Notes: generated by a model from the sequence alone, not told the origin. A stretch of DNA of 63,882 bases, filler included, from Thraustochytrium aureum (GCA_012862495.1; 5 parts of 4 records of this genome joined end to end with filler, not necessarily neighbours in it); one strand, 5' to 3'. Counted from the first letter of the whole stretch, positions 12,228-23,809 are shown. Numbers and translations: made by a program.

Positions 12228-12540
12228 GTTTCGCCGACGGCGGTAACATACAACCTCGCAACGTAGACATTTTAAATGTTGCCTCACGGTGGATTCTCCA
12301 TTACCCGCAGCGCGCACGAGCTGCCCGGTTTCCCCGCATTTCCCCGCGGCGGTAACATGCAACCACCCCAACGGTGGATTCTCCATTACCCGCATCGCGC
12401 ACGAGCTGCCAGTTTCCCCGCGATTCGCCGACGGCGGTAACATACAACCTCGCACAGTCAACATTTTAACGTTGCCCGACGGTGGACTAGCCATTACCCG
12501 AACCGCGCACGATCTGCCTGTTTCCCCGCGTTTCCCCGAG
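12228..12540 (+). repeat. Three-copy degenerate tandem repeat (~80-115 bp units)
   Basis: Recurrent blocks GGCGGTAACATRCAACC, ACGGTGGA..CCATTACCCG and GCGCACGA.CTGCC..TTTCCCCGC, each seen three times. Confidence 0.8.
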
Positions 12541-13709
12541 TGGAGCCGCGGGTTTGTCGACGCACGCGCGTCGCCCTCTGCGAAGCGCGTCGAAGAAATC
12601 CCAATCGGTGCCCGCCCCACCCGAAAAGCACCGCCCAAGACCCAAAAACCGCCCCATCCCCAAGGTGCGCGCCTCGCTCTTGCCCGCGCCGCCCGCCGCC
12701 GCCTAAGAGCGCCGCTCCCTCTCCGCTCACATCTGCCTCGCCGCCTGGGGGACCCGCTCCTCTGCCGTACGGCTCAAGAGCCGCGTGAATTTGGCCCCGT
12801 GCGCGCATCGACAGACGGGAACAGGAGAAGGGGACAAGAAGCAGGCGGAGGAGGCGGAGGAGGCGGAGGAGGAGGAGGAGGANNNNNNNNNNNNNNNNNN
12901 NNNNNNNNNNNNNNNNNNNNNNNNNNNNNNNNNNNNNNNNNNNNNNNNNNNNNNNNNNNNNNNNNNNNNNNNNNNNNNNNNNNNNNNNNNNNNNNNNNNN
13001 NNNNNNNNNNNNNNNNNNNNNNNNNNNNNNNNNNNNNNNNNNNNNNNNNNNNNNNNNNNNNNNNNNNNNNNNNNNNNNNNNNNNNNNNNNNNNNNNNNNN
13101 NNNNNNNNNNNNNNNNNNNNNNNNNNNNNNNNNNNNNNNNNNNNNNNNNNNNNNNNNNNNNNNNNNNNNNNNNNNNNNNNNNNNNNNNNNNNNNNNNNNN
13201 NNNNNNNNNNNNNNNNNNNNNNNNNNNNNNNNNNNNNNNNNNNNNNNNNNNNNNNNNNNNNNNNNNNNNNNNNNNNNNNNNNNNNNNNNNNNNNNNNNNN
13301 NNNNNNNNNNNNNNNNNNNNNNNNNNNNNNNNNNNNNNNNNNNNNNNNNNNNNNNNNNNNNNNNNNNNNNNNNNNNNNNNNNNNNNNNNNNNNNNNNNNN
13401 NNNNNNNNNNNNNNNNNNNNNNNNNNNNNNNNNNNNNNNNNNNNNNNNNNNNNNNNNNNNNNNNNNNNNNNNNNNNNNNNNNNNNNNNNNNNNNNNNNNN
13501 NNNNNNNNNNNNNNNNNNNNNNNNNNNNNNNNNNNNNNNNNNNNNNNNNNNNNNNNNNNNNNNNNNNNNNNNNNNNNNNNNNNNNNNNNNNNNNNNNNNN
13601 NNNNNNNNNNNNNNNNNNNNNNNNNNNNNNNNNNNNNNNNNNNNNNNNNNNNNNNNNNNNNNNNNNNNNNNNNNNNNNNNNNNNNNNNNNNNNNNNNNNN
13701 NNNNNNNNN

Positions 13710-14512
13710 ACTTTTCGCCCGTGCCGCAGATGCCGCTGCTCGAGATCATCAAGGCCGATGGCGTCACCTCGGACGACGCGCTCGCCACGGCGGTGAGCGT
13801 GGGCATGAAGCAGGGCAAAACCGTTGTCCCCGCTGGTGACGTGCCCGGGTTTTACGTCAACCGCAGCCTGGGCCCGATGCTCACCAGCGCGGTGGCCCTC
13901 ATCCAGGACGGCGTCGGCCTCAAGGAGCTCGACTCGGCCATGCTCAAGTTTGGCTTCCCCGTCGGCCCCGTCACCCTCTGCGACGAGGTGGGCATTGACG
14001 TGGCCTACCACGTGCAAAAGACCCTCACCGACGACCTTGGCGTCCGCATGAGCGGCGGCGACCCAAAGTTCCTCAAGGACCTCATGGACGCCGGCATCCT
14101 CGGCCGCAAGTCAGGCAAGGGGTTTTACGTGTACGACCCCAAGAACAAGAAGGACAAGCCGCTCAACGGCGAGGTCGATGCCATCCTCAGCAAGTACAAG
14201 CGCAGTGGCGTCGCCAAGCCCGACACGCTCACCATCCAGCAGCGCGTCGCCTTTAGCTTTGTCAACGAGGCCGCGTTTTGCCTCCAGGACGGCGTCATCG
14301 CCAGCCCGGTGGACGGCGACATCGGCGCAGTCTTTGGCATCGGGTTCCCGCCCTTCCGGGGCGGCCCGTTCCGGATGCTCGACCAAATGGGTGCCCAGAA
14401 GTTCGTCGACGTCATGAACTCATACGCGGACAAGTTCGGGCCGCAGTACGCCCCGGCACAGATCATCGTTGACCACGCCAAGGCCGGCACCAAGTTCCAC
14501 TCGGAGAACTGA
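13710..14512 (+). CDS. HADHA: Trifunctional beta-oxidation enzyme alpha subunit, C-terminal 3-hydroxyacyl-CoA dehydrogenase part (5' part in gap)
   Basis: FSPVPQMPLLEII, DVPGFYVNR, FGFPVGPVTLCDEVGIDVA, LGRKSGKGFY and DGDIGAVFGIGFPPFRGGPFR. Confidence 0.92.
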
Positions 14513-14705
14513 CCAGCGGAGCGGCCCCATCCCCTCTGCCGAGCCCAGGGCGTGCGAGCTGCTTGAAGCGCGCAACAAGAATGGATGAGACAGAAAGTAA
14601 GACAATTGATTGAGGACTGGTTGACACAACACCCCGAGCAGCTCAGCTCGTCATGGCACAGGCCCCACGCCAAGACGGCTGGTGCCGGCTCGGTGGCGAG
14701 TGCCG

Positions 14706-17573
14706 TTAGACGTCGCCGCAGATCTTGTTCTCGTCAAAGATCAGGTTCTTGCGGAGGATGACGAGGGTGACAATCCACGGCACGTTGAAGAGAAGCGCAA
14801 ACAGAAGCTCGACGTAGCCCTCGCGCTCAAAGCTGCGGAGAGCGATGCGGAGCTGCTTCTTGATCACCTTGCGGAAGCTCTCGCCCTTCTCAGTGACCGC
14901 TTTGCTGTAGATGACGCGGCCGCTCTCGGTACAGCTTGCCAAGTAGGAAAAGCGGTTGCTCACGAGGTGGCGCCACCACACCTTGGTTGCGCCCCGCAAG
15001 AAGATCATTCGGCTCAAGTTGAGCAAGAAGAAGACGACCACAGTCAGGATCGAGCCCAGCGTCGTGCTGTGAAAGAACCACTCGGTGACGCAGGTGGCAT
15101 CGTGCGCCGAGCCGCGGAGGATGGCCTCGTTCGGGCCATCACAGAGCAGCTTGCAGGGAGATAGCTTGGCGCAATCAAACCTTCGGCTGCGCTGGTCCTG
15201 AACTTTCGAGTCTAAACGCTCGACGACCTCGTCCGGCGACAGGAATGTCGAGGAGCAAAAGTCCATCTCACCGAGTTTCTCGTTAATCGTGACGTTGATC
15301 CCACTCTTGAGGTCACTTTTGAGGGTACCGGTATCGTTTCTTAAAGGGTCAAACCGGACGCACTCATGGAGGAAAGCCATGTTTTTCACAACGGTGGCCT
15401 GTCGCGAGTTGTAAAACTCATGGGTGTCGTCCTGCTGCAGACGCTTGTCGAACGCGTCCACCACCTGGTCGCGACAGGTCAACTCGCGCTCCACGCTGAG
15501 CGCGTCGATCTTGGTGCTGACCACGTAGTCGCCGTCAACAAACACGTACTGGTTGGCCACCGCGAAGGCGTTGCGGTAGAGCATTGTGCCATCCGCCTCA
15601 GCAGCATATCGTTTGGTGCCGTTGTCGACAACGTCGTTCTTGATGTTGGTCCAGCATCGGTTCACGCAGCCCTCCGAGTACTCGTTGATAATCGGCCCGT
15701 ACGCGACGTAGAACGAACTCGCGAAGAGGCTGAGGAAGAAGATGACGAGGAGAAGGTTGACAATCGGGTGGGTCAGGATACCCGCCACGCTTTGCAGGAC
15801 GTTTTTCTTCGCCGAGAACATTCCAGCGTTGATGCCCTCTTCGCAACGTACGTCGGCGGGGGGCGTGGCCACGGCTGAGATCATCCAGTACTTGCGGATC
15901 ACGACGAGGCTCTTGAGGACACGGTACGCGATGTCGAGGTTGACAGCGACATCATTGACGCTCTGGAAACCGTTGCGGAAGCGCTCGAAGACGGCGTCCT
16001 GGTACTGGTAGAATGACCAGGTGCGCGGGTCGGCCTTTTCCAGGAGCTTGCTGGCGGCATCGGTGGCGTTGAGCTGCTTTTTCTGAACGAGCTCTTGCAG
16101 GACCGGCTGGTCCTGGTCGTTCGCCTGGACGGCGCCCAGGTCGGTGGTCACCTTACCAACAATCTCAGCAGAGGAAGAATCGTAGTCGTCGTCGTCAACG
16201 GGGGGCGGGTCGTAGTCCCCGAAGGCAGCGTTCTCCATAGCGGCCGTCTTGGCTTTGAACTCTTTGTTTGCGGCGTCAATGGCAGAGCCTTCACCGGTGA
16301 GCGCATCGATCTGTTTTTGCGCCTCCAATTCAAGGGTTTCGTAGATCTTGTCAGGACCGTCCAGGATGAGATTCAGGTCGATATTGAGCAGGGACCCGAG
16401 GCGATCCGTGAGATCCCCGATATCGATCAACTCAAAGCCATTGCTGAAGAGAATGGCGAGAGACGGCCCATCGAGCTTATCGTAGATGTCCTTGATCTTG
16501 TTGTACAGGAGCTCATAACGCGCATACTTTTGGTATGCTTCGTCGCGGTAGGCCTCTGCGTCTTCACGCAGTTCGTTGTACTGCTTGACCCCGGCGTCAA
16601 ACTCGTTGCGCGCGTCTGCAAAGAGCGGAGACTCTGAGCACAAGCCTTTCTCACCGTAGCGGCCAGTGGGTTTAAAGCACGCCATCATGTTGTCGAAGCT
16701 GGTTCGGACGTTGGCGGTGAGCTCGGCAGCGTTGGAGAGATTGCCGTCGAGCTGGTCCACCGCGCTGGAGAGAAAGCCACCCGTCTTCCCATCAAGGTAG
16801 TTGAGGTCGTAGAGAATTCGTTCTTGCAGCTGGTGGTCGAGCGAATCGACGGCCTCGTCCGAGGCAGCCTTGAAGTTTTCCACCTCGCTAATGGCTTGGG
16901 CGCTGATGACCTGGTTGCTCACAACGCTCGTCAGCAAGGCCGGGTCGCACGCGGGGTTTGTGGTGTTAAAGTACTCGTCGCTTTCGATCGAGAGCGAAAG
17001 GTTGGTCTGCATGTACTCCAGCGCCCGCACTGCGTCATAATAGGCGACCTGGCATTCCTGCAGGGTCGCCTTGTTTTCGGCCAGCTTTTCATCGAGAAAC
17101 TCCTGCGTTTCGAATACGCGCCGGTTCTCGTTATTCAATTCCGTCTCAAGTTGCTGCTCGCACGCGATGCTACTTTCGATTGCGCAGACTTCGTAGTCGC
17201 TCCTTAGCCCCTTGCTCGTGTTGAAAAACCCTTCGCCCAGTTTGAGCACTTTCTCGTAGCTTGGCGTGGGGATGAAGTACTTGACCAGTTCTTGGGACAC
17301 AGCGAGAGATGTTACCCAGAGCAGGCACACAGCGAGCGCGCAAACGAACGCGCGTTCGCATGCGTGCTTTTTGGAGATCTGCTTCCCGACGCGCCCTCCA
17401 ACGTTCCCCGCAAGTCGGCCGGCCTTGCTCGCCAGCCCGGCGCTAGACTTGGCCTCGTCCTCCTCTCTGCCCTTAATACTTGCCACAATCTCCGGATGTG
17501 GCATGGAGGGCGGGCGAGGCCCACGCCGAACCTTGGCGTTCGCAGGCACGGCCCAACCTTCGGTGCTCGCCAT
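14706..17573 (-). CDS. Uncharacterised ~955-aa multipass membrane glycoprotein (paralog A)
   Basis: Long uninterrupted ORF with about 5 hydrophobic segments and two large Cys- and N-sequon-containing loops. Clearly homologous to the ORF at 19296. Confidence 0.88.
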   Translation of the reverse strand: MASTEGWAVPANAKVRRGPRPPSMPHPEIVASIKGREEDEAKSSAGLASKAGRLAGNVGGRVGKQISKKHACERAFVCALAVCLLWVTSLAVSQELVKYFIPTPSYEKVLKLGEGFFNTSKGLRSDYEVCAIESSIACEQQLETELNNENRRVFETQEFLDEKLAENKATLQECQVAYYDAVRALEYMQTNLSLSIESDEYFNTTNPACDPALLTSVVSNQVISAQAISEVENFKAASDEAVDSLDHQLQERILYDLNYLDGKTGGFLSSAVDQLDGNLSNAAELTANVRTSFDNMMACFKPTGRYGEKGLCSESPLFADARNEFDAGVKQYNELREDAEAYRDEAYQKYARYELLYNKIKDIYDKLDGPSLAILFSNGFELIDIGDLTDRLGSLLNIDLNLILDGPDKIYETLELEAQKQIDALTGEGSAIDAANKEFKAKTAAMENAAFGDYDPPPVDDDDYDSSSAEIVGKVTTDLGAVQANDQDQPVLQELVQKKQLNATDAASKLLEKADPRTWSFYQYQDAVFERFRNGFQSVNDVAVNLDIAYRVLKSLVVIRKYWMISAVATPPADVRCEEGINAGMFSAKKNVLQSVAGILTHPIVNLLLVIFFLSLFASSFYVAYGPIINEYSEGCVNRCWTNIKNDVVDNGTKRYAAEADGTMLYRNAFAVANQYVFVDGDYVVSTKIDALSVERELTCRDQVVDAFDKRLQQDDTHEFYNSRQATVVKNMAFLHECVRFDPLRNDTGTLKSDLKSGINVTINEKLGEMDFCSSTFLSPDEVVERLDSKVQDQRSRRFDCAKLSPCKLLCDGPNEAILRGSAHDATCVTEWFFHSTTLGSILTVVVFFLLNLSRMIFLRGATKVWWRHLVSNRFSYLASCTESGRVIYSKAVTEKGESFRKVIKKQLRIALRSFEREGYVELLFALLFNVPWIVTLVILRKNLIFDENKICGDV

Positions 17574-19295
17574 GTCGGCCGCGCGTTCGTCCCCCCGCAC
17601 GTCCGTCAAGCTCATCTACGGGGCGCCTTGCGCCCACGACAAGCGTGCCGTGCGTGCCGTGCCGTGCCGTCCGTCCGCTACAGCAGCTGCACCCCGGAGC
17701 GAGTGCCAGAGTCCGCCCAACCCGTCCAAAAAGAGATCCCGCGCAAAACCCCCAAAAAACCACCAAATCACCGCGAGCAAGCGCAAGAGAAATGCAAGCA
17801 GACAGCAGCCGCGCAGCCGCCCGCCCGCCCGCACGCACGCACGCACGCACGCTCGCTCGCACGCACGCTCGCGCGCTCGCTCTGACGCCGCCTCGCGCAG
17901 CGCACACCCTCGCGAAGTGGCTCTGCTCGCCGCCATCTCTCGCGCAGCTCCACCGACCACTTCCTTGTTCCTTCGCCCTTCTCACCTTATCCACTGAGAA
18001 CGGACGCAGAGCGCGCGGGCAGGGCGGACGCAGAGGTGGGCGCACCTTGGCGACCGGGGGGCGCACGCAGGGCGCCCCGAGCAACGCGAACCTTGGTGAT
18101 GGAGGGTGGACTCAGGGTGCATGGGCGCGGCGCATGTTGGGGATCGAGGGTGGATGGAGGGCGGTCGGCAGGTGGGACTGGGAGGCGGTCTGGCTTTTTG
18201 GCACGTGTGGCGTGCTGGCTCAAACGAGCTGATGACGCAAGCAGGGCGCGGTAGCCTGTGAGATGACGTAGGTAGTGTGCTGGACGTCGCACAAAACACA
18301 AAACGAGCGTAAAACTTTGGAGAAAAATGAAAACCCTTTATCAATAAAATGCCTGTCACGGGGATTTTAGAACGACTGCAATTTCAAGAGTAGAGGACTT
18401 ACCTACTCTACTCCACTCCACTTCTTCTGAAGTTCTGTAGGATGGGTAGGTTCTGGCTGCACAGGCTGCTTGGAATCTGAANNNNNNNNNNNNNNNNNNN
18501 NNNNNNNNNNNNNNNNNNNNNNNNNNNNNNNNNNNNNNNNNNNNNNNNNNNNNNNNNNNNNNNNNNNNNNNNNNNNNNNNNNNNNNNNNNNNNNNNNNNN
18601 NNNNNNNNNNNNNNNNNNNNNNNNNNNNNNNNNNNNNNNNNNNNNNNNNNNNNNNNNNNNNNNNNNNNNNNNNNNNNNNNNNNNNNNNNNNNNNNNNNNN
18701 NNNNNNNNNNNNNNNNNNNNNNNNNNNNNNNNNNNNNNNNNNNNNNNNNNNNNNNNNNNNNNNNNNNNNNNNNNNNNNNNNNNNNNNNNNNNNNNNNNNN
18801 NNNNNNNNNNNNNNNNNNNNNNNNNNNNNNNNNNNNNNNNNNNNNNNNNNNNNNNNNNNNNNNNNNNNNNNNNNNNNNNNNNNNNNNNNNNNNNNNNNNN
18901 NNNNNNNNNNNNNNNNNNNNNNNNNNNNNNNNNNNNNNNNNNNNNNNNNNNNNNNNNNNNNNNNNNNNNNNNNNNNNNNNNNNNNNNNNNNNNNNNNNNN
19001 NNNNNNNNNNNNNNNNNNNNNNNNNNNNNNNNNNNNNNNNNNNNNNNNNNNNNNNNNNNNNNNNNNNNNNNNNNNNNNNNNNNNNNNNNNNNNNNNNNNN
19101 NNNNNNNNNNNNNNNNNNNNNNNNNNNNNNNNNNNNNNNNNNNNNNNNNNNNNNNNNNNNNNNNNNNNNNNNNNNNNNNNNNNNNNNNNNNNNNNNNNNN
19201 NNNNNNNNNNNNNNNNNNNNNNNNNNNNNNNNNNNNNNNCGCACATTCACCAGAGCAGGTTTCGCCCGCCGAGCTTCGGCAGGCTCAGGCGGAGC

Positions 19296-22237
19296 TTGAA
19301 GCGCGGGAACGGCAAGGCGCCACTTCCACCGATGCCGCCGCCGAGCCCAACGGCAATCGACGCGATGGAGCAAGGCCACCACAACGAGCATCGCCACTTT
19401 ATGCACATGCCGCGCGCTCCGCTGCAGGTGCACCTGCCTCATCTCCACGTACCTCACAATCCGTTCGGGCACCACCACAACGACGGCGAGTTCGAGTACG
19501 CCTTCGAGAACCCCGACCTGGACGACGACGTGAGCGACACCGAGAGCGAGATGACGGACGAGACGATGAGCCAGGCCAGCGGCGCCGTCGGGTCCAAGGG
19601 CCTTGCTAGTAAGGTCAAAGGCGGTGTCAAGGGCGCCGGCGCGGCCACCTTCAACGCGGCGCGCAACCGGCGCGTGTGCGAGCGGATTTTCATGGCCGCG
19701 CTGGCAGTCTGCATCCTGTGGTTCACCAGCTACGCACTCTCGCGCGCCTTGGTGAGGTACATGATCGTTACACCGGCCTGGGACGAGGTCGTGAGGGCGA
19801 ATGAGCAGGCCTACAGTGTCTCGCTTGTTGAGAACAGCCGTTACGTCACCTGCGTGAACGAGCTTGCGGACGTTTGCGCAGCCGATTTCAATAATGAGTT
19901 GGAGACCGAGGTGGAGCGAACCGATGCTCAAAAGCTCAACAATTCAAATTGGATCGACTGGATCAACACCAACGAGACAGTCGCCAGCGCCCTTCTCAAC
20001 GAAACGCTGATCATTCTCAAGGAGCTCGCCGAGACCCAGGCGTCCTTCTACGATGACTACCAGAGGGACAACGGCACCGACGCGCCCGAGTGCAAGTTTG
20101 TCCAAGGCCTCGTCGCAGGCGACAAGGCGGCCATCAGCGCGATCACTAGCGCTCTTGATTTCCAAGACACGGCGGAGAAAGCTGTGCTCACCCGCGAGCA
20201 GCAAATCTATGCCCGGGAGCAGTACGACCGCGACTACATCGCCGCCAAGTCTGTGTGGTTTCGCCAGCGAGGCGAGGAGTTGAAGCAGGCGGCGCGAGAC
20301 CCCCAGACGACTTTCCAGAACCTCAACAACTCGTTCGCTGGCTTTGTGGGCTGCTTTGCGCCGGGCGGGACGGGATGCTCGCAGACGAATGCGTTCGAAG
20401 CCATCAAGTCCGCTTACGACGAGACCTTTTCGCGGTTCGGAGCAATGAAGGACAGTGCCGTTGAGTTTCGCGTCGAAGTCCGCGCGCAGCTTCAACAGTT
20501 CCGCTCGCTCATTGAAAGCCTCGACGGGTCGGTGCTGGCAGTATTCGCGGAAGACCTCGGCTCGTTCCAAATCCCGGGCACCTCCGAGTCCAACGAGCCT
20601 ACTACGTTGGGCGCCGCGCTTTCAGACTTGCAAGCTCGCGCCATCGTGGGGGTCAAGGACCCGAACTCTCTGTTTGCCGGGAGTGGCGACAAACTCAACG
20701 CCTTTTACAACACGCTTGGGCTGGAGCAGCTCCGCTCCGAGGAAAACGCGGCAAAGCTCGCGCAAACGGCAGACTCGTTTGATGCGGGCTGGAACGACGA
20801 CTACGACCCTCCCAACGTGACTGCCAACGTTACTGTCACGGATTTCATGCGCGTCAGCGATGCATTTGCGCCGTCCTTGACCAACAAGCTCTCAGCGCTC
20901 TCCCGGAGTGGAGACGACGAGACGACGGGTTCCGCGGTCAAGAACACGACGGCCGGGAGCCTCAACACGACCGCGAGCAACCTGCTGACGCGAGTTGCCA
21001 ACCACAGCACGTGGGACTTTTACAAGTACTCTGACGAGATCGTGAACGAGGTCTCTTCTGGGCTCGCAGACCTTTCAAACCTTGCGCTGTGGTTTGACAT
21101 TGCCTTCAGAATCCTTCGCACGGTCTTCATCATCCGCAAGTACATTCTTCTGTCTGCGATCTCGACGCCGCCAGGCGACGCCAGAATCAAAGCGGCAGTC
21201 GGCAAAGGTTGGGGTCCCAAGCAGACCCCGATCCAAAAGATCGCGGCGATCCTCACCAACCCGATCGTGATCGCCCTCCTCCTCACTGGTACCGTGGTGA
21301 CGCTCCTCTACCTGACCTGGTTCGCCTACAGCCCGATCTACTACGAGTACATTGACGGCTGTGTCGAGTCGACGTATGAAGATGTGCTCGCCGGCCGCTC
21401 CAACGGCACCATGCTGATGCGAAACGGCAACAACATTCTTTACCAGTACTCAGCGGCCGACGGCGACCGCCTCGCCCTCGAGCGTGTGGACGAAATCAAC
21501 TCCGGCAAAGATGTGCTCTGCAATCAGAAGAGCTTTGATGACTCGCTCCTCTTCAACACGATGGTCGACGCGTACAAGGAGAACTTGCAAAGGTACCGCC
21601 AGACGGTGGCGCAGAACGCCGCGCTCCTCACTTGTCTCAAACTCGAGGATATCCAGAATGACGCGAGTGTTCCCGTCTACAGCAACGCGATTGACGCGGT
21701 CTTCAACTTCACTCAAGTCTTTTTCGAGCATCCGCCAAGCGACAGTGCCATCTACAACTGTTCAGCGCTGAAGAACTGCCCTGCCATCCGCACCAACGAT
21801 GCCAACTCGACTAAAAGGCTCTGTACCGGACCAAACCCGAGCATTATTGCGAGCGCTGCCCACATCGCTGCGTGCACCACGGAGCACTGGATCCACGCCA
21901 ACGTGTTCGGCATGTTTATGGTGATTGCCACCTTTGTGCTTATGAACATTTCGCGTCTCTTCTTCATGCGCGCTTTCGTGCGTCTCAGCTGGCGCCACCT
22001 CATCACAGGACCCGTTCGCCTTCCTGGGAAGCACGACCGACAGCGGGATCCTGGTCTACCCTGAGGTTGTCGCCGAGAAGGGCATCACGATGCGGACCGC
22101 GATCGCCGAGGCTTTGCGACGTCGCATCAAGGAGTGGGAGCGCTTCTCCATATTCCTTCTCATCATGGCGCTCTCGATCAACGCGCCGTGGATCTGGGGC
22201 CTCTACTTTTTGCGCGACAACCTCGAGTACAAGGCGT
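19296..22237 (+). CDS. Uncharacterised multipass membrane glycoprotein (paralog B; frameshift near 22010; both ends at or near gaps)
   Basis: Shares CER.F..ALAVC.LW, DYDPP, W.FY.Y.D, DIA.R.L...IRKY...SA..TPP.D.R, ILT.PIV, EY..GCV, GTML.RN, C.GPN, WRHL and N.PWI with paralog A. The shifted frame continues FAFLGSTTDSGILVYPEVVAEKG. Confidence 0.88.
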
Positions 22238-23401
22238 NNNNNNNNNNNNNNNNNNNNNNNNNNNNNNNNNNNNNNNNNNNNNNNNNNNNNNNNNNNNNNN
22301 NNNNNNNNNNNNNNNNNNNNNNNNNNNNNNNNNNNNNNNNNNNNNNNNNNNNNGAATCGTGAAGTAAAAATAGATTGTTGTGCTGTTCTCCTACCGGTAC
22401 TCGTTTCGCCAGCCAGCTGTCGTCAGTGCATCCAGAGAATTCGTTCACTGAGCAGACGTTGTCGTTTTCGGCGCGCGACCGCTGCTCGTGGCAACACGAC
22501 GAGTGATCTCAGCGTTCTGGACTGTGGCGCTCATCGCTTACACTGCGCAGCCCTGTGACAACTCCTTTGATGCAAAGGCGATCGACCATAGAGCCGCCAC
22601 GGACGTCGCGAGCCAGCATCGTCAAGCGCTTGCGCGTATTGCGAGATCTCGGCCCAGCATCGTGGGCCATTCGAAGTCATCGGCAGCAGAATGCTGCCAA
22701 ATCGACCCGCGTGTTCCGATCGGTGCTGCATCCGTTTCGGCGCCCCCGCCAGGTGGAGGGGTCCGCCAGGAACAGCAACATGGACGCCGCATCGCTTTGC
22801 CAGGCAACTTGGGCCAGCGCCAGAACGACGCTGCAGCCCGCCGACACCGTCGCTAGCTGCGGCAGCCGGTCAAGTCGGTGACCAAACACAATAAAGGCGT
22901 CACCCGTCAAGTTTTGCGTGCGTTTGGCTCCTGGCCCACATGGAGTTGCTGGTCCTCTCCAGCGAGCGCCTCCGTGGCCTCGGCAACGGCAATTGGCTCA
23001 TCTTCATCCGAGGATGAGCACCAATTGAACACAAAGCGACAAACAAAAACACACATCCATACCGGCACCGATACTCTACACATTGTAGCGGAGATCGAGC
23101 AGAGCGCCCTGCCAAGACCAGCGCTGTGGGGCAGCGCCGGCCGCCTGACGCCTGACGCCGCCCAAGCGGGCCATTGAGTCCTGCTGCATCGTGCGAATCG
23201 CCAGAGTCTTTTGGACCTCGAAGAGTGCTCCTGACGAAAGTGGCTGGCCATCACACGACGCACATCAAACTCGAAAGTTCGCCCGCCGCTGCGCAGTCCG
23301 GCCACGAGCGCGAGTCGAGCAGAACGCGCGCACGCAGCAGGTAGAGAAGGCAACACCGCCCTGGCTCTGTCGCGGACAAGGTCGAGCGAGCCCCGCGCGC
23401 G

Positions 23402-23632
23402 ATGTTTCTCCTGAACGAGACGACTGCTGGCAAGGACGCTCAGGTCAAGGTGCCTGGCCCGGATGCCTCGCTGGGCGAGCTGATGAGCTACAACGTCAAG
23501 CGGCTGCAGAACGAGTACCTCGGCAAGGACCCCGAGCAGCGGGAGGTTACGGTGCGGCTAATCAAGAACGCAGTCGCGTTTGTGGCTGGCTCGGCCTGCG
23601 TGCTTTTCTTTGGCGACACCATGGCCGTCTGA
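23402..23632 (+). CDS. Small tail-anchored protein, plant-type mitochondrial import receptor Tom5-like
   Basis: 76 aa with coding-like codon use. The C-terminal RLIKNAVAFVAGSACVLFFGDTMAV resembles the plant TOM5 tail as I recall it (...F.GG...R.YGDLM.V). Confidence 0.6.
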   Translation: MFLLNETTAGKDAQVKVPGPDASLGELMSYNVKRLQNEYLGKDPEQREVTVRLIKNAVAFVAGSACVLFFGDTMAV

Positions 23633-23748
23633 TGGGCAGGCCGCAGGCCGCCGCCTGGTTTCCCTTTTGCTCCGAGAAGACCATTTGATAGTTGCCGACA
23701 ACGANNNNNNNNNNNNNNNNNNNNNNNNNNNNNNNNNNNNNNNNNNNN

Positions 23749-23760
23749 TTAATTAATTAA
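23749..23760. other. Artificial scaffold linker
   Basis: TTAATTAATTAA (stops in all six frames) flanked by N runs. The same linker occurs at four sites. Confidence 0.95.
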
Positions 23761-23809
23761 NNNNNNNNNNNNNNNNNNNNNNNNNNNNNNNNNNNNNNNN
23801 NNNNGGAAT

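Noticed and set aside
11031..12540. Repeat clusters as a CRISPR array
   Set aside because: The repeats are degenerate, spacing is irregular, the intervening sequences are not unique fixed-length spacers, there are no cas genes, and the context is eukaryotic.
22380..23100. Protein-like fragments on the minus strand
   Set aside because: Short, broken frames with no recognisable motif or clear start.
23705..23804. TTAATTAATTAA palindromes within N runs (also at 50316, 60728 and 62661)
   Set aside because: These are identical six-frame-stop linkers used to concatenate scaffolds and are not biological. Gene neighbourhoods across them are meaningless.
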